Origin: an uncultured delta proteobacterium
Lineage (GTDB): Bacteria; Myxococcota_A; UBA9160; SZUA-336
Reading direction: 5' to 3'
Length of the DNA: 64,000 bases
Assembly (NCBI GenBank): GCA_963704165.1
Contig: CAVPHD010000002.1
Location: 1 to 64,000, forward strand
In this document: piece by piece, positions 1 to 10,935 of the stretch
How the letters are laid out: each line of letters opens with the position of its first letter
Numbering within the stretch: position 1 is the stretch's first letter
Program-made: the position numbers and the translations under genes
Notes under the pieces: generated by a model
What the model was told of the DNA's origin: nothing
Seen by the model: the letters and a program-made list of their open reading frames with translations, nothing else
Database searches by the model: none

Positions 1-1
1 G

Positions 2-289
2 AAGGCGGCGCTGGTCCACCTCACGAAGCAACTCGCCCCCGAACTCGGACCAGGCGTGCGCGTCAACGCCATCTGCCCAGGGTTGATCAAGACCGACTTC
101 GCCAAGATCTTGTGGGAAGGTGACCGTGGCAGCGAGGTTGCCGCTGCCTACCCGCTCGGACGGCTCGGCGAAGTCGAGGACATCGCCGCCGCCGCGCTGT
201 GGTTGGCCGCCGATTCCGGCTCGTGGATCACCGGTCAGGCAATCGTGCTCGACGGTGGTGGTCTCGTGCAGTTCAGGACCATCGCCTGA
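2..289 (+). CDS. SDR family oxidoreductase, C-terminal part (5' end outside window)
   Basis: Frame 2 reads KAALVHLTKQLAPELGPGVRVNAICPGLIKT...PLGRLGEVEDIAAAALWLA...WITGQAIVLDGG, a classic SDR C-terminus. Confidence 0.85.
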   Translation, partial: KAALVHLTKQLAPELGPGVRVNAICPGLIKTDFAKILWEGDRGSEVAAAYPLGRLGEVEDIAAAALWLAADSGSWITGQAIVLDGGGLVQFRTIA

Positions 290-357
290 AGTCGGCCCGG
301 CAAGTAGGGTCGACCGCGCGATCGTTGAGACGCGAGCGTCGGCACGAGGGGAGAGCG

Positions 358-1134
358 GTGGAGATCACAGACTTCGCGATGAGCTATTTCAGTCTCACGG
401 GCAAGAACGCGATCGTGACCGGCGGCAACACCGGACTCGGTCAGGCGTTCTCCCTGGCGCTCGCGAAGGGTGGCGCCAACGTGTTCGTGCCGAGCATCGT
501 CGACGACGACGGTTCGACCGGGAAGTTGGTCGAAGTGGCAGGCGGTCGCTACGAGTTCATGCAGGCCGACATCACCGAGTCGGGAATTCCGAAGCTGATC
601 GTCGACACGTGCGTCGAGCGACTCGGCTCGATCGACATCCTCGTCAACAGCGCCGGGGTGTGCCCACTCGCCGACGTGCTCGATTTCGATCGGACCCCAT
701 GGGACGCAACGGTCGCCGTGAACCTCACGGCGGCATTCGAGATGAGCCATGAAGCTGCCAAACGGATGATCCCGCAACGGAGCGGCAAGATCATCAACAT
801 CTGTTCCATGTTCAGCTTCCTGGGCGGTCGCTGGTCGCCCGCCTATGCAGCCACGAAACACGGCATCGCCGGGCTCACCAAGGCCTACTGCGACGAAGTG
901 GCGATCCACAACATCCAGGTGAACGGCATCGCCCCCGGCTACTACGCGACGCCGATCACCGCTGCTACCAGGGCTGACCCCGATGCCAACCGACGCGTGC
1001 TGGAGCACATCCCCGCCGAGCGGTGGGGCGAACCGGCCGACCTGATGGGTGCCGTCGTGTTTCTCGCCAGCCGGGCCTCCGACTACGTCAACGGCCATGT
1101 GCTCGCCGTCGACGGCGGCTACCTCGTCCGCTAG
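358..1134 (+). CDS. ygcW: SDR oxidoreductase, YgcW/KduD-like
   Basis: GTG at 358 after a GAGGGGAG SD; TGGNTGLG and YAATK motifs; C-terminus YVNGHVLAVDGGYLVR; closely resembles E. coli YgcW as recalled. Confidence 0.85.
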   Translation: MEITDFAMSYFSLTGKNAIVTGGNTGLGQAFSLALAKGGANVFVPSIVDDDGSTGKLVEVAGGRYEFMQADITESGIPKLIVDTCVERLGSIDILVNSAGVCPLADVLDFDRTPWDATVAVNLTAAFEMSHEAAKRMIPQRSGKIINICSMFSFLGGRWSPAYAATKHGIAGLTKAYCDEVAIHNIQVNGIAPGYYATPITAATRADPDANRRVLEHIPAERWGEPADLMGAVVFLASRASDYVNGHVLAVDGGYLVR

Positions 1135-1150
1135 AAATGGCACGAACGGC

Positions 1151-2587
1151 ATGAACGGGCCCTACCTGATCGGTGTCGACTGCGGCACCCAGAGCGCCAA
1201 GGTCGTGATCTGCGACGCCGCAGGAAACGCCGTGTCCACAGGCCGTCAAACTTTGCAACCGATGAGTCGTCCCCGGCACGGGGTCGCCGTGCACCCCGAT
1301 GACGATCTGTGGGAGTCGATCGCAGCGGCCAGCCGGCAGGCGATGGCCGGCTTCACGGGCGACCCGACCGAGATCGTCGGTATCGGCTTGTGCACGATCC
1401 GGTGCTGCAAGACGTTTCTGAGGGCCGACGGTTCGCTGGTCGAACCGGTCATCAGCTGGATGGACGACCGGGCCTACCAGCCGTATCTGCCCGCCGATCC
1501 GGGCGTGGCCTACGCCACCACCTCGTCGGGGTATCTCGGACATCGCTTCACCGGCGAGCTCAAGGACACCGCCGCCAACAACGTCATCCTCCAGTTCCCG
1601 ATCGATACCGACACCTGGCAGTGGAGCGCCGACCCGATGCTGTACGAGCGTTTCGGTGTGACACGCGAGCTGATGGTCGAGCTCGTGCTGCCTGGCGATG
1701 TGATCGGGTACGTCACCGCGACCGCTGCTGCCACCACCGGGCTGCCCGCCGACATCCCCGTGGTCGCGACCGCCAACGACAAGGCGGTCGAGATGCTCAG
1801 CGTCGGTTCGCTCGGCGACACGACCGCCGTGGTGTCGCTCGGCACGTACATCGCGGCGATGGTGCACGGCACGATCAACCACAAAGAGCCCGAGCAGTTC
1901 TGGACGAACTTCGCCTGTGTTCCTTACCGCTACCTGTACGAAAGCAACGGAGTGCGGCGCGGAATGTGGACGCTCACCTGGCTTCTCGACCTGCTCGGCC
2001 CAGAACTCGCTGACCGTGCGACGAATTCGGGTCTGACACGCGAAGAGCACATCGAGCGCGAGGCGCTCGGCGTGCCGGCGGGAAGTGACGGGCTGATGAC
2101 GGTGCTCGACTGGCTGGCTCCCACCGACAAACCGTTCCGCAAAGGGGTCATGCTCGGCTTCGACGCCCGCCACACCCGCGGCCATCTGTACCGGTCGATC
2201 CTCGAAGCGATCGCCCTCACGATGAAGCATCACGTCGATGCGATGGGTGCCGAGCTCGGCACCGAGCTCGACGAGATCGTCGTGTCGGGTGGCGGCTCGG
2301 CGAGCCCGCTGTTCATGCAGATCCTCGCCGATGTGTTCGGCATTCCGGCATCGCGAACGATCGACGGCGGGGGCGCCAGCCTTGGCGCCGCGATCTGTGC
2401 AGCAGCAGCGACGGCCGTTCATCCCGATATCGAATCGGCCGCCCTCGCGATGACGAAGGGCCGCCAGTCGTTCGCTCCCGACCCAGCCAACGCAGCGGTG
2501 TACGACGCCCTCAACGACACCGTCTACCAGCACATTCGCGAAGCGACCGACCTGGTCCTCGAACGCTCCTACCCGCTCTTCACCTGA
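1151..2587 (+). CDS. ygcE: FGGY-family sugar kinase, YgcE-like
   Basis: YLIGVDCGTQSAK, HPDDDLW, SLGTY, GLMTVLDWL, SGGGS motifs; ATG at 1151. Confidence 0.85.
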   Translation: MNGPYLIGVDCGTQSAKVVICDAAGNAVSTGRQTLQPMSRPRHGVAVHPDDDLWESIAAASRQAMAGFTGDPTEIVGIGLCTIRCCKTFLRADGSLVEPVISWMDDRAYQPYLPADPGVAYATTSSGYLGHRFTGELKDTAANNVILQFPIDTDTWQWSADPMLYERFGVTRELMVELVLPGDVIGYVTATAAATTGLPADIPVVATANDKAVEMLSVGSLGDTTAVVSLGTYIAAMVHGTINHKEPEQFWTNFACVPYRYLYESNGVRRGMWTLTWLLDLLGPELADRATNSGLTREEHIEREALGVPAGSDGLMTVLDWLAPTDKPFRKGVMLGFDARHTRGHLYRSILEAIALTMKHHVDAMGAELGTELDEIVVSGGGSASPLFMQILADVFGIPASRTIDGGGASLGAAICAAAATAVHPDIESAALAMTKGRQSFAPDPANAAVYDALNDTVYQHIREATDLVLERSYPLFT

Positions 2588-2608
2588 CCCCATCACAAGG
2601 ATTCCGCC

Positions 2609-4056
2609 ATGAACCTCACCCGCACTTCGATCGTCGAGCACCTTCAGCAGATCCTCGGCACCGATCAGGTCGTCACCGATCCGACCCTCCTGCAACAACG
2701 CAGCATCGACAACTTCCGCAAGCTGGAGAACATCTTCGGCGTGTACACGATGCCGACACCTGCCGCGATCGCGATGGTGCACAGCACCGAGCAAGCGGCA
2801 GCCGTCCTGGCGTTCGCCGACGAGCACTTCGTCAACGTCGTGGCACGCACCGGCGGCACCGCCACCGAGGGCGGGCTCGAGACCGTGGTGGAGAACTCGA
2901 TCGTGCTCGATGGTTCGGCGATGAACGAGATCATCAGCATCGACGCCTACAACATGCAGGCCACTGCCCAGTGCGGTGTGCCGCTCCAGTCACTGGAGGA
3001 TCGCGCCCGCCAGTTGGGCCTCACGACCGGACATTCACCCCAGTCGAAGCCGGTCGCCCAGATGGGCGGTCTGGTGGCGACCCGCAGCATCGGTCAGTTC
3101 TCGACTCTGTACGGGGGCATCGAAGACATGGTCGTCGGGCTCGAGGCGGTGTTTCCCGGCGGACACGTTTCGCGGATCAAGAACGTCCCGCGCCGGGCGG
3201 CCGGACCGGACATCCGCCACATCGTGATCGGAAACGAGGGCGCCCTGTGTTTCATCACCGAGGTCACGGTCAAGCTGTTCCCGTACATGCCCGAGAACAA
3301 CCGGTTCCTCGGGTGGACGCTCAAGAGCATGCGGACCGGATTCGAGGTACTGCGCGAGGTGATGGTGGCCGGCTTCAAGCCGTCCGTGGCCCGGCTCTAC
3401 GACCCGGAAGACGGCCAGCTCCACTTCTCGCACTTCGCCGCCGAGGATGACTGCATCCTGTTGTTCCTCGCCGAAGGGGCGGCCGGCATCACCGCCGCAA
3501 CGGCTGATGCGATCGAGCAGATCGTCGCCGGCCACCCTGGCTGCGAACCTGTCGACAGCGGGGTGATCGAAACATGGTTCGCCGACCTGGTGTGGGGGCC
3601 CGAGAAGATCACGGCCGAAGACGAGCGGATTCGCACGACCCGCAACGTCAACCGCACCACCGAGGTCTCGGCTGACTGGAGCTCGGTCAACGACATCTAC
3701 GAGGCCGTGCTGCCCCGATCCGCGCCGAGATCCCAGGGATCACGCTGCTCGGCGGGCATTCCAGCCACAGCTACATCAACGGCACCAACATGTACTTCAA
3801 CTACTTCTACGACCTGCTCGATTGCGCGCCAGAGGACGAAGCAACGTCGCTGTCGCTGAAGATCGTCGAGATCATCGTCGAGGAGACGTTGCGGTTCGGT
3901 GGCTCGATCGTGCATCACCACGGCATCGGTAAGGCTCGCGCCAGGTGGGTCGAACAGGAATACGGCTCGTCGTACCCGATGCTGGCAACGCTCAAGCGCA
4001 GCTTCGACCCCAACGGCGTGATGAACACGGGCACCATCATCCCGGAGGGGGTCTGA
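2609..4056 (+). CDS. ygcU: FAD-binding oxidoreductase (VAO/alkyl-DHAP-synthase-like), YgcU-like; one frameshift near 3715
   Basis: GHSPQSKPVAQMGGLVATRSIGQFSTLYG and PRRAAGPDIRH; continues in another frame as LLGGHSSHSY...HHHGIGK...FDPNGVMNTG (ORFs 2609-3859 and 3790-4056). Confidence 0.85.
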
Positions 4057-4124
4057 CCCCCTCCGGGATCTACGCCGCTTGGCTGATCGAACTCCACCCC
4101 GGAGGGGGTCTGACCCCCTCCGGG
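4039..4124. repeat. Two identical 27-bp palindromes CCCGGAGGGGGTCTGACCCCCTCCGGG (REP-like), at 4041-4067 and 4098-4124
   Basis: Read directly; each has 11-bp inverted arms around TCTGA; the first contains the ygcU stop codon. Confidence 0.9.
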
Positions 4125-4161
4125 CGTTGCCCCATGGGCGTCGACGCGACAGTATGAGCGA

Positions 4162-6483
4162 GTGAGTAGCTCCGATCCTCCGTTGCCGACGGGCACCGTG
4201 ACGTTCCTGCTCACCGATATCGAAGGGTCGACTCAAGCGTGGCAGGCGTCGCCCAAGAGCATGACAGCGCTCGTGTCGCGGCACTACGAGATACTCGAGT
4301 CGGGGATCGCCGCCCACCACGGTCAACGCCCGGAGGAACAGGGTGAGGGCGACAGCGTGGTCGCCGTGTTCACCGATGTCCATGACGCCGTCGCGGCGGC
4401 GCTCGAGACGCAGCTCGCCCTGCGCCGCGAGCTGCCCAACCTGCCGGTGCGGATGGCGTTGCATCGTGGTGAAGCGATGCTGCGCAACGAGAACAACTAC
4501 GTCGGTCTCACGATCATTCGATGCGCTCGCATCCGAGCATGCGGTTTCGGAGGGCAGATCCTGTTGTCCGAGGCGGTCACGACCGCCGTCCAGGAGGGTT
4601 TGCCCGAAGCAGTCGAGGTGCTCGATCTGGGCGCCTACGGTCTGCGCGGACTCGACGGGCGCCAGCGGATCTGGCAACTCATCCACCCTGACCTGCCGAG
4701 CGACTTCCCGCCCCTCAAAGCCGGCACGTCGGCAGCGGGCAATCTGCCGAATGCGATCAGTTCGTTCGTCGGCCGCCGATCCGAACTGACGGCCATCAGT
4801 CATTCGGTGGCGGCCCACCGACTCGTCACGATCACCAGTCCACCGGGGTACGGAAAGAGCCGATTGGCGAACGCGGCTGCCGACGCAACGGCCAACTCGA
4901 TGCCGGGCGGCGTGTGGTGGGCAGCTCTCGGCGATGAGACCGACGATGACACCGACGACGTCGCGGCGTCGCTGTTGCGAGCCTGCTCGCTCACCCGCGT
5001 CGCCGGCGAGGATCCGGTCGAGACGCTGATCGCCCATTTCAACTCGGTCGCCGATGCGTTGCTGGTGATCGATGCCGCCGAGCAGGCGCCTGCCGCTGCC
5101 GCACAGATCATCGATCGCGTTCTGACTCGGTGCCCCAACGTGCGTGCCCTGGCGACCGGGCGCCGTCCGCTCGGTATCCCCGGCGAGATCGTGCATGCTC
5201 TTGCGCCCTTGACCGTGCCCCCAGTCGGGTTCGAGGGCGACCTCGCAGACCTCGCCGGTTTCGACGCCGCCCGGCTGTTCATCGAGCGAGCCGGCAACGT
5301 CGACCGAGACCAAACGCTGACCGATCGAGACGTCGCTGACATCGCACGAATCTGCAGGGAACTCGACGGCGTCCCGCTCGGGCTGGAACTCGCTGCTGCC
5401 CGCAGCGGCTCGATATCGCTGACAGAACTCGCCGACAGCCTCGGCCAGCTCGCTGCCACCCCGAAACACTCGACGTCGGCCGGGATGATCGACACCTTGG
5501 CGTCGTCGATCGCCTGGAGCTATCAGTTTCTGACAGAACACCAGCAGCGAGCTTTGCGGTACCTGTCCGTCTTCCGCGGTAGCTTCGAAATCGACGCAGC
5601 GACCGCGATCGTCACGGGCGGCGACCTCGACGAGCGGGCGGCGGCGACGGCACTGAACGCACTGATCGATCAACACCTCCTGGTCGCAGCCGACGACGGC
5701 CGCCTCACCCTGCCGCCGGCGATCCGAGGCTTTGCCCACGAGCGACTGCTCGGCTCGCACGACGCTGCCAGCGCCGTGGCGCGTCACGGGGCATGGTTCG
5801 CCGACCTGGCCGAACGCTTCGGTGCTGCTGGCCTGGCAGTGTCCGAGTCGCTGCTGATTCCCGACCTGGCCGATCTGCTCGGTGCGCTGGACGCCTCGAT
5901 GGTGTCCGATGACCCCACGACCGCCTATCGGATCCTGACCGGGCTCGGGGCGCGGTTGCATCTGCTCGATCGGCCGGAAGCTGTCGACGCCGCCGTGCGG
6001 TGGATCGCCGGCCGGTCCCCGAGTGATGGGGAGGAACGCTGGGCGGCAGCGGTCGCCCGACTCAGCTATGCGCAATCGACCGTTCACGGTTCGCCACTCG
6101 CCGGCTACGACGACGAAGCCCAGGCGATCGCCGAACTGGTTGGCGACCAGATGTCCCCGTTGTACATCGAATACGGCCGTGCAGCTCGCGCCGCCCTGGC
6201 CGGAGAGCTCGAGCCGGCGCAAGCACTGGCGGCTGCTGCCCGGCGAGCATCTGTCGCCGAGGTGGTCGTGGCCATCGAGCAACAACTGGCGGCTGCATAC
6301 TCGCGGGCCGAGGATCGGGAGCACTTCGAGGCGATCGACGCCGCCCTGACGTCGATGCTCGGCGGCGGTTCGTATCAGGGCCCCGTTCCGGTCGACGTTG
6401 GTGTCGCGCGTGGTCGGAGACAGACGGATCTGTCTCCGGCGACATGGCGCAAGGGACATGACCCGGCGATGATGACGACATGA
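4162..6483 (+). CDS. Class III adenylate/guanylate cyclase domain fused to an NB-ARC/STAND ATPase and helical repeats
   Basis: PTGTVTFLLTDIEGST, GEGDS, RMALHRG, GGQILLS; GNLP..SSFVGR, P-loop SPPGYGKSRL, ICRELDGVPLGLELAAAR. Confidence 0.85.
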   Translation: MSSSDPPLPTGTVTFLLTDIEGSTQAWQASPKSMTALVSRHYEILESGIAAHHGQRPEEQGEGDSVVAVFTDVHDAVAAALETQLALRRELPNLPVRMALHRGEAMLRNENNYVGLTIIRCARIRACGFGGQILLSEAVTTAVQEGLPEAVEVLDLGAYGLRGLDGRQRIWQLIHPDLPSDFPPLKAGTSAAGNLPNAISSFVGRRSELTAISHSVAAHRLVTITSPPGYGKSRLANAAADATANSMPGGVWWAALGDETDDDTDDVAASLLRACSLTRVAGEDPVETLIAHFNSVADALLVIDAAEQAPAAAAQIIDRVLTRCPNVRALATGRRPLGIPGEIVHALAPLTVPPVGFEGDLADLAGFDAARLFIERAGNVDRDQTLTDRDVADIARICRELDGVPLGLELAAARSGSISLTELADSLGQLAATPKHSTSAGMIDTLASSIAWSYQFLTEHQQRALRYLSVFRGSFEIDAATAIVTGGDLDERAAATALNALIDQHLLVAADDGRLTLPPAIRGFAHERLLGSHDAASAVARHGAWFADLAERFGAAGLAVSESLLIPDLADLLGALDASMVSDDPTTAYRILTGLGARLHLLDRPEAVDAAVRWIAGRSPSDGEERWAAAVARLSYAQSTVHGSPLAGYDDEAQAIAELVGDQMSPLYIEYGRAARAALAGELEPAQALAAAARRASVAEVVVAIEQQLAAAYSRAEDREHFEAIDAALTSMLGGGSYQGPVPVDVGVARGRRQTDLSPATWRKGHDPAMMTT

Positions 6484-7139
6484 GCGATCGACCTGACGGC
6501 TCTCCCGGCCAGACTTGGCTCGTGCTGTATCAGCCGGGGCATGCGCCGCGCACGGTCGCTCTTCACTCGGAGCTCACCATCGGTCGCGACGTCGGGAATC
6601 CCGAAGTCGATGGCCACGTCACCACGCTCGGCGACCCTGCGGTTTCGCGACTGCACGCGGTGTTTCTCCCAAAGCCGCTCGGATGGTGCGTTCAGGCGAC
6701 CAACGCCACGAACGGGCTGTTCGTGAACGGCTCCCGGCTCGCTTCGGGAGCCGTGCACCTGCTGTCGTCCGGGGACGAGGTCCGGCTGGGCGAACGAACG
6801 ACGGTGTTGTTTCATACGCTCGGCGTTGCACCAGACGATCGATCGAAGACCGAGACCGCTCGACCCATACCTGAGCTGACGCCAGGGGAGCGGCGCGTGT
6901 TGCTGTGCCTGTGTTCACCGGTGCTCGACGGCGACGCTTTCACGCCGCCGGCAACCGTCGACGCGATCGCTGGGCAGCTGTTCGTTACAGAGAGCGCCGT
7001 CAAACAACAGCTCGGTCGGCTGTATCTGAAGTTCGGCATTCTCGAAGGTGCCGAACGACGCGTACGGTTGGCCAACGAAGCGTTGTTGTGCGGCTCCGTT
7101 CGTCGCGCCGACCTGCAAACATTCCGGGCGACGCCATGA
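6480..7139 (+). CDS. FHA domain plus C-terminal LuxR-like HTH protein
   Basis: FHA motifs TIGR, DPAVSRLHA, ATNGLFVNG; C-terminal ELTPGERRVL...IAGQLFVTESAVKQQLGRLY; ATGA overlap with upstream stop. Confidence 0.85.
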   Translation: MSDRPDGSPGQTWLVLYQPGHAPRTVALHSELTIGRDVGNPEVDGHVTTLGDPAVSRLHAVFLPKPLGWCVQATNATNGLFVNGSRLASGAVHLLSSGDEVRLGERTTVLFHTLGVAPDDRSKTETARPIPELTPGERRVLLCLCSPVLDGDAFTPPATVDAIAGQLFVTESAVKQQLGRLYLKFGILEGAERRVRLANEALLCGSVRRADLQTFRATP

Positions 7140-10100
7140 GTGCCTCGATCGGCGACGCTGACGGTTCGATCCGAACCGAGCCGGCCGCCGTACCCGAGCT
7201 GGTCGCCGGGCGTTTTCAGATCGGTGAGCTGATCGCCACCGGCGGTGAGGCGCAGGTCTACGTCGCCCACGATCTTGAGCTCGATCTCAGCGTGGTCATC
7301 AAGACCCGCCAGGTCGTCGACAGCGATGATCTCAACCGGCTGCGACGAGAAGCCGGAATGCTGATGCGGATCGTGCCCCACCGCGGAATCCCGATGGTGC
7401 GCAGCGATCTCGTCGACGGCGACCGCTACTACATGATCAGCGATTTTGTCGCCGGCAACGATCTGCACTCGGTCGTCGCCGCCCAGAGTGGGGCTGGGCT
7501 GCCGTTGGCGTCGGTGCTCGACTTGATCGATCAGGTCGCCCAAACGCTCGATCATCTGCACGGACACCAACCGCCGATCGTGCACGGCGACGTCAAGTCG
7601 GAAAACTTGATCCTCACGTCCGACAGTCGACTGGTTCTCGTGGACTTCGGTGCCGCGATGCGTGTCGGCGACGACCGCGAACGCCTGGGCACCCCAGGTT
7701 TCTCGGCCCCTGAAGTACTCGCCGGCGAGGCGCTCACGCCCGCCGCCGACGTCTATTCGCTCGCTGCGTTGACGGTGTTCCTCGTGACCGGTCTCGTACC
7801 CAAGCTCGGCATCGGTTGGCCGACCGCCTTGGCCGACGCCGGGATCGTGCGCTTGGAGAGAGTGTTGCGCCGCGGCCTCGACCTGGGACCCGCTCGGGCG
7901 CCCCTGGCGGGCGAGTGAGTTCGCCGCCCGCCTGCGCGAGGCAGCCGAGATGGACGTGCCGACCGGAACGGTCACGTTGGTGCTCGTCGAAGTGTCCGGT
8001 TCAGATACCGGCTCATCGCCGACCGCCCTGTTGAACATGCTCGAGGCTGCAGGCGGCCGCAACGTGCAGGCGGTGTCGCTTCCGTCGGACTGCTCGCTGG
8101 TGGTGTTTCCCGCGCCGGCGATGCCGCTGCCGCAGCGCTCGAAGCGATCGCCGACGGTCAGCCTCCGATCGCCGTCCACGCCGGCGACCTCGGTGGGTGG
8201 CACGGCGCGACTCTGCAACAGCTGGCGGATGAGGCGGTCGCATTGCGAACGGGTGCCGCACCCGCAACGGTGGTGTGCTCGCCACCAGTGCGGATGCTGC
8301 TCGGAGCCGACGACACGATGGCGTTCGTTCCCGTAGCGAACGGTATGCGGATCGAGCGCGCCACCGATACCCGCCACTCGACGAACCGGTCCGGTTCGAT
8401 CGATTTCACGCAGCGCGGTGCACGCCATGCCGAGAGCTGGGTCGCTGCTCGCCGGGCGCGGCCGATCGTCGGCCGCAACACCGAGCTGCAGCGGTCGTTG
8501 ACAGCGGTCGCTCAAGGTCGGTCGGCGGGCGCCGCGCCGCTGGTCGTGGTGGTCGCCGAGGCAGGCATGGGCAAAACCCGACTCTTGGCCGAGGTCGCTG
8601 CCGGATCGACAACCGAAGGTGAGCGACTGCTGGTCGGCCGTTGCACGGAATCAGGTGGGGCGTTCGAACCGTTCCTCGATGCCCTCGGCGACGATCTGTT
8701 CCCATTCGAATCCGGACAGCTCGAGCGCGATGAGGAGGGTTGGATCGACCGTCGCCGCTTCTTCGGCCGGATCGCTGATTCGCTGGCCACCCTCGGGGGA
8801 CCGGTCACCCTGGTGATCGACGACATGCAGTGGATCGATGGCTCGTCGATGGCGCTGCTGAGCCAACTGTTCGACGACATGGCAGGAACGTTGGCCGTCG
8901 TCGTCGGAAGCCGGCCGAGCATCGACCGTCACATCTATGACGAACTCACCATGCGCCCCGACGCAACGGTGGTCCAGCTCGGTCCGCTCGGGCCGGCCGA
9001 CATCACCGATATGGCCGAGGCAGCCGGTCTCGCGTTGAGCGTCGAAACGGTGGCAGAGCTGCACTCGCTGACCGGTGGCAGCCCATTCTTCGGGGTCCAG
9101 TTGCTCAGCCATCTTCGGAACGTGCCGGGGCACACACTCGAAGGTGGCGACCTCCCGGTCGGCGTTCGGGAGTGGATCATGCAACGGGTCGCCGGACTCG
9201 GTGAGGCCGCACAGGCCATGTTGGCGCCGGCAGCGGTGATGGGTCGCAGTTTCGAGGTCGTCAGGTTGGCGGACGTACTCGACGTCAGCCCGCTCGAAGC
9301 GTTGACCCAGATCGATGCTGCGGCTTCGGCCGGTCTGCTGGTCGACGGTGAACATCCAGGCGAGTTCCGATTCGTTCATGCAATTGTTCGCACCACCCTC
9401 GAGGAGAGCTTGTCGACCTCTTCGGCGGGCCCTCCTGCACGCCGCTGTCGCGCGAACGCCTCGAGGAGGCCGGCGACGATCACGAGCAACTCGAAGAGGC
9501 GATGCACCACTGGTTCGCCGCCGAACGGCTCGGGGATCCGTTGCATGCCGGCGAGGTTGCCGTCGAGGTGGCGACGCGCACGACCGAGCGCCTCGCCCAC
9601 GAACGTGCCGTCAGCATCCTCGACCGCGCTCTGGAGGTGCTGGCACTGGCGCCGGCAACGTCGGCCCGCGACCGTGTCGAGGCCCGACTGAGGGTCGCCC
9701 ACGGACGGGCCGACTTCGTCGCTTCCCGCAACGACGATGCCATCGCTCAGCTGTACCGGGCTGCCGACCTGGCCGAGACCGGCGATGATCCGGCCGCGCT
9801 TGCCCAGGCGGCACTGGTGGCCTCGCTGAATCGGCGACACGGTCTCGACGATCCCGATCTGCTGCGACTTCTGGAGCGCGCCAGCGATCGTTGCCCGCCA
9901 GAACCCGCTGTGCTGCCTGCGATGCTGCATATTCGCCGGGCACGCTTGCTGCCGGCCACGGTTCGCCATGAGCAGCGATGTGCGATGGCGCGGCTCGGGC
10001 TGGTTGATCTCGACCGCATGGAACCGGTCGACCGGGCCACGGTGGAAACCGAAGTGGCGCGTGGCCTGCTGGGGCCCCGACGATGCCGAAGGCGCGGGGG

Positions 10101-10935
10101 TCGCGTGACGACTCGACAAATCGACGAAGCCACCGCTCAGCTGCAGGCTGGCGGGTCGTCGCGGTGGACTGGGGTGCTGGTCGAGGCCCTGAATCACCGG
10201 TGCGCAGCACGTGTTCCAACTCGGACAATTGATCGACGCCCTCACCGACGCCGACCGGGCGGCGGAGCTGGCTGACGCTGCCGGCACGACGTTCTTGCTG
10301 ACCCGAGTGATGATGGGCCAGGCGATGATCAACTCGACGCTCGGCAACCACGATCTCGCCGAGCGGCTGTGCAACGACGCCGTGGCGCTCTCCGACCGCC
10401 ACAACCTGATGCTGGTGCAGATGGCGATCGGCTACGGCATCGGTCGCGATCGTGGTCAGCAAGCTGAGCTGGCGCGACTCGAACAGCAGTTCGGCGAGTT
10501 CGTCGACCCAGAACCCGTTGTTGGTGGCAGCGTTTGCCCTGGTCCAGCGCCAAGGCCGGGCAACTCCGATGATGCCACTCGGCTGCTGGGTGTTTTGCAG
10601 GAGGCTGCGCCCTGGCCACGCAACTGGTTGTGGCTCGGTACCACCGTGGCGGCGCTCGAAGCAGCGGTGCTGACCGGCGATACCGACATGAGTCGGCGGT
10701 TCGCAGCGGTCCTGACGCCCTACTCGGGGCAGTGGGCGCTGGCCGGAGCCGAACTTGCGTGCTGGGGCCCCGTGGATCGGGTGCTCGGGCTCACTAGCAC
10801 GGCCGCCGGTCGACGCGACGAAGCGCGAGTGCTGTTGACGTCGGCGTTGGACGTCGCAACTTCGCAAGGCGCCAGCCCGTGGGTGACGCCAGGTCTAGCG
10901 ACGGGCTCGCTCTCCTCGAGGCCAGATCGAGCTGA
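7136..10935 (+). CDS. Ser/Thr kinase - degenerate cyclase-like - AAA/STAND ATPase - helical repeat protein; several frameshifts
   Basis: Kinase IATGGEAQVY, VVIK, HGDVKSEN, DFG, GTPGFSAPE; then PTGTVTLV; IVGRNTEL, AEAGMGKTRLL, LVIDDMQW, TGGSPFF, FRFVHAIVR; C-terminal LTPYSGQW...GPVDRVLG. Spread over ORFs 6905-7918, 7950-8336, 8243-9691, 9502-10275 and 10211-11110; end inferred at TGA 10933-10935. Confidence 0.7.

Noticed and set aside
3697..6459. Long antisense ORFs (3697-6459, 12094-14355, 16573-18615, 40744-43830, 47801-50350, 56860-58446 and others)
   Set aside because: Shadow frames of real genes in high-GC DNA, with no recognisable motifs
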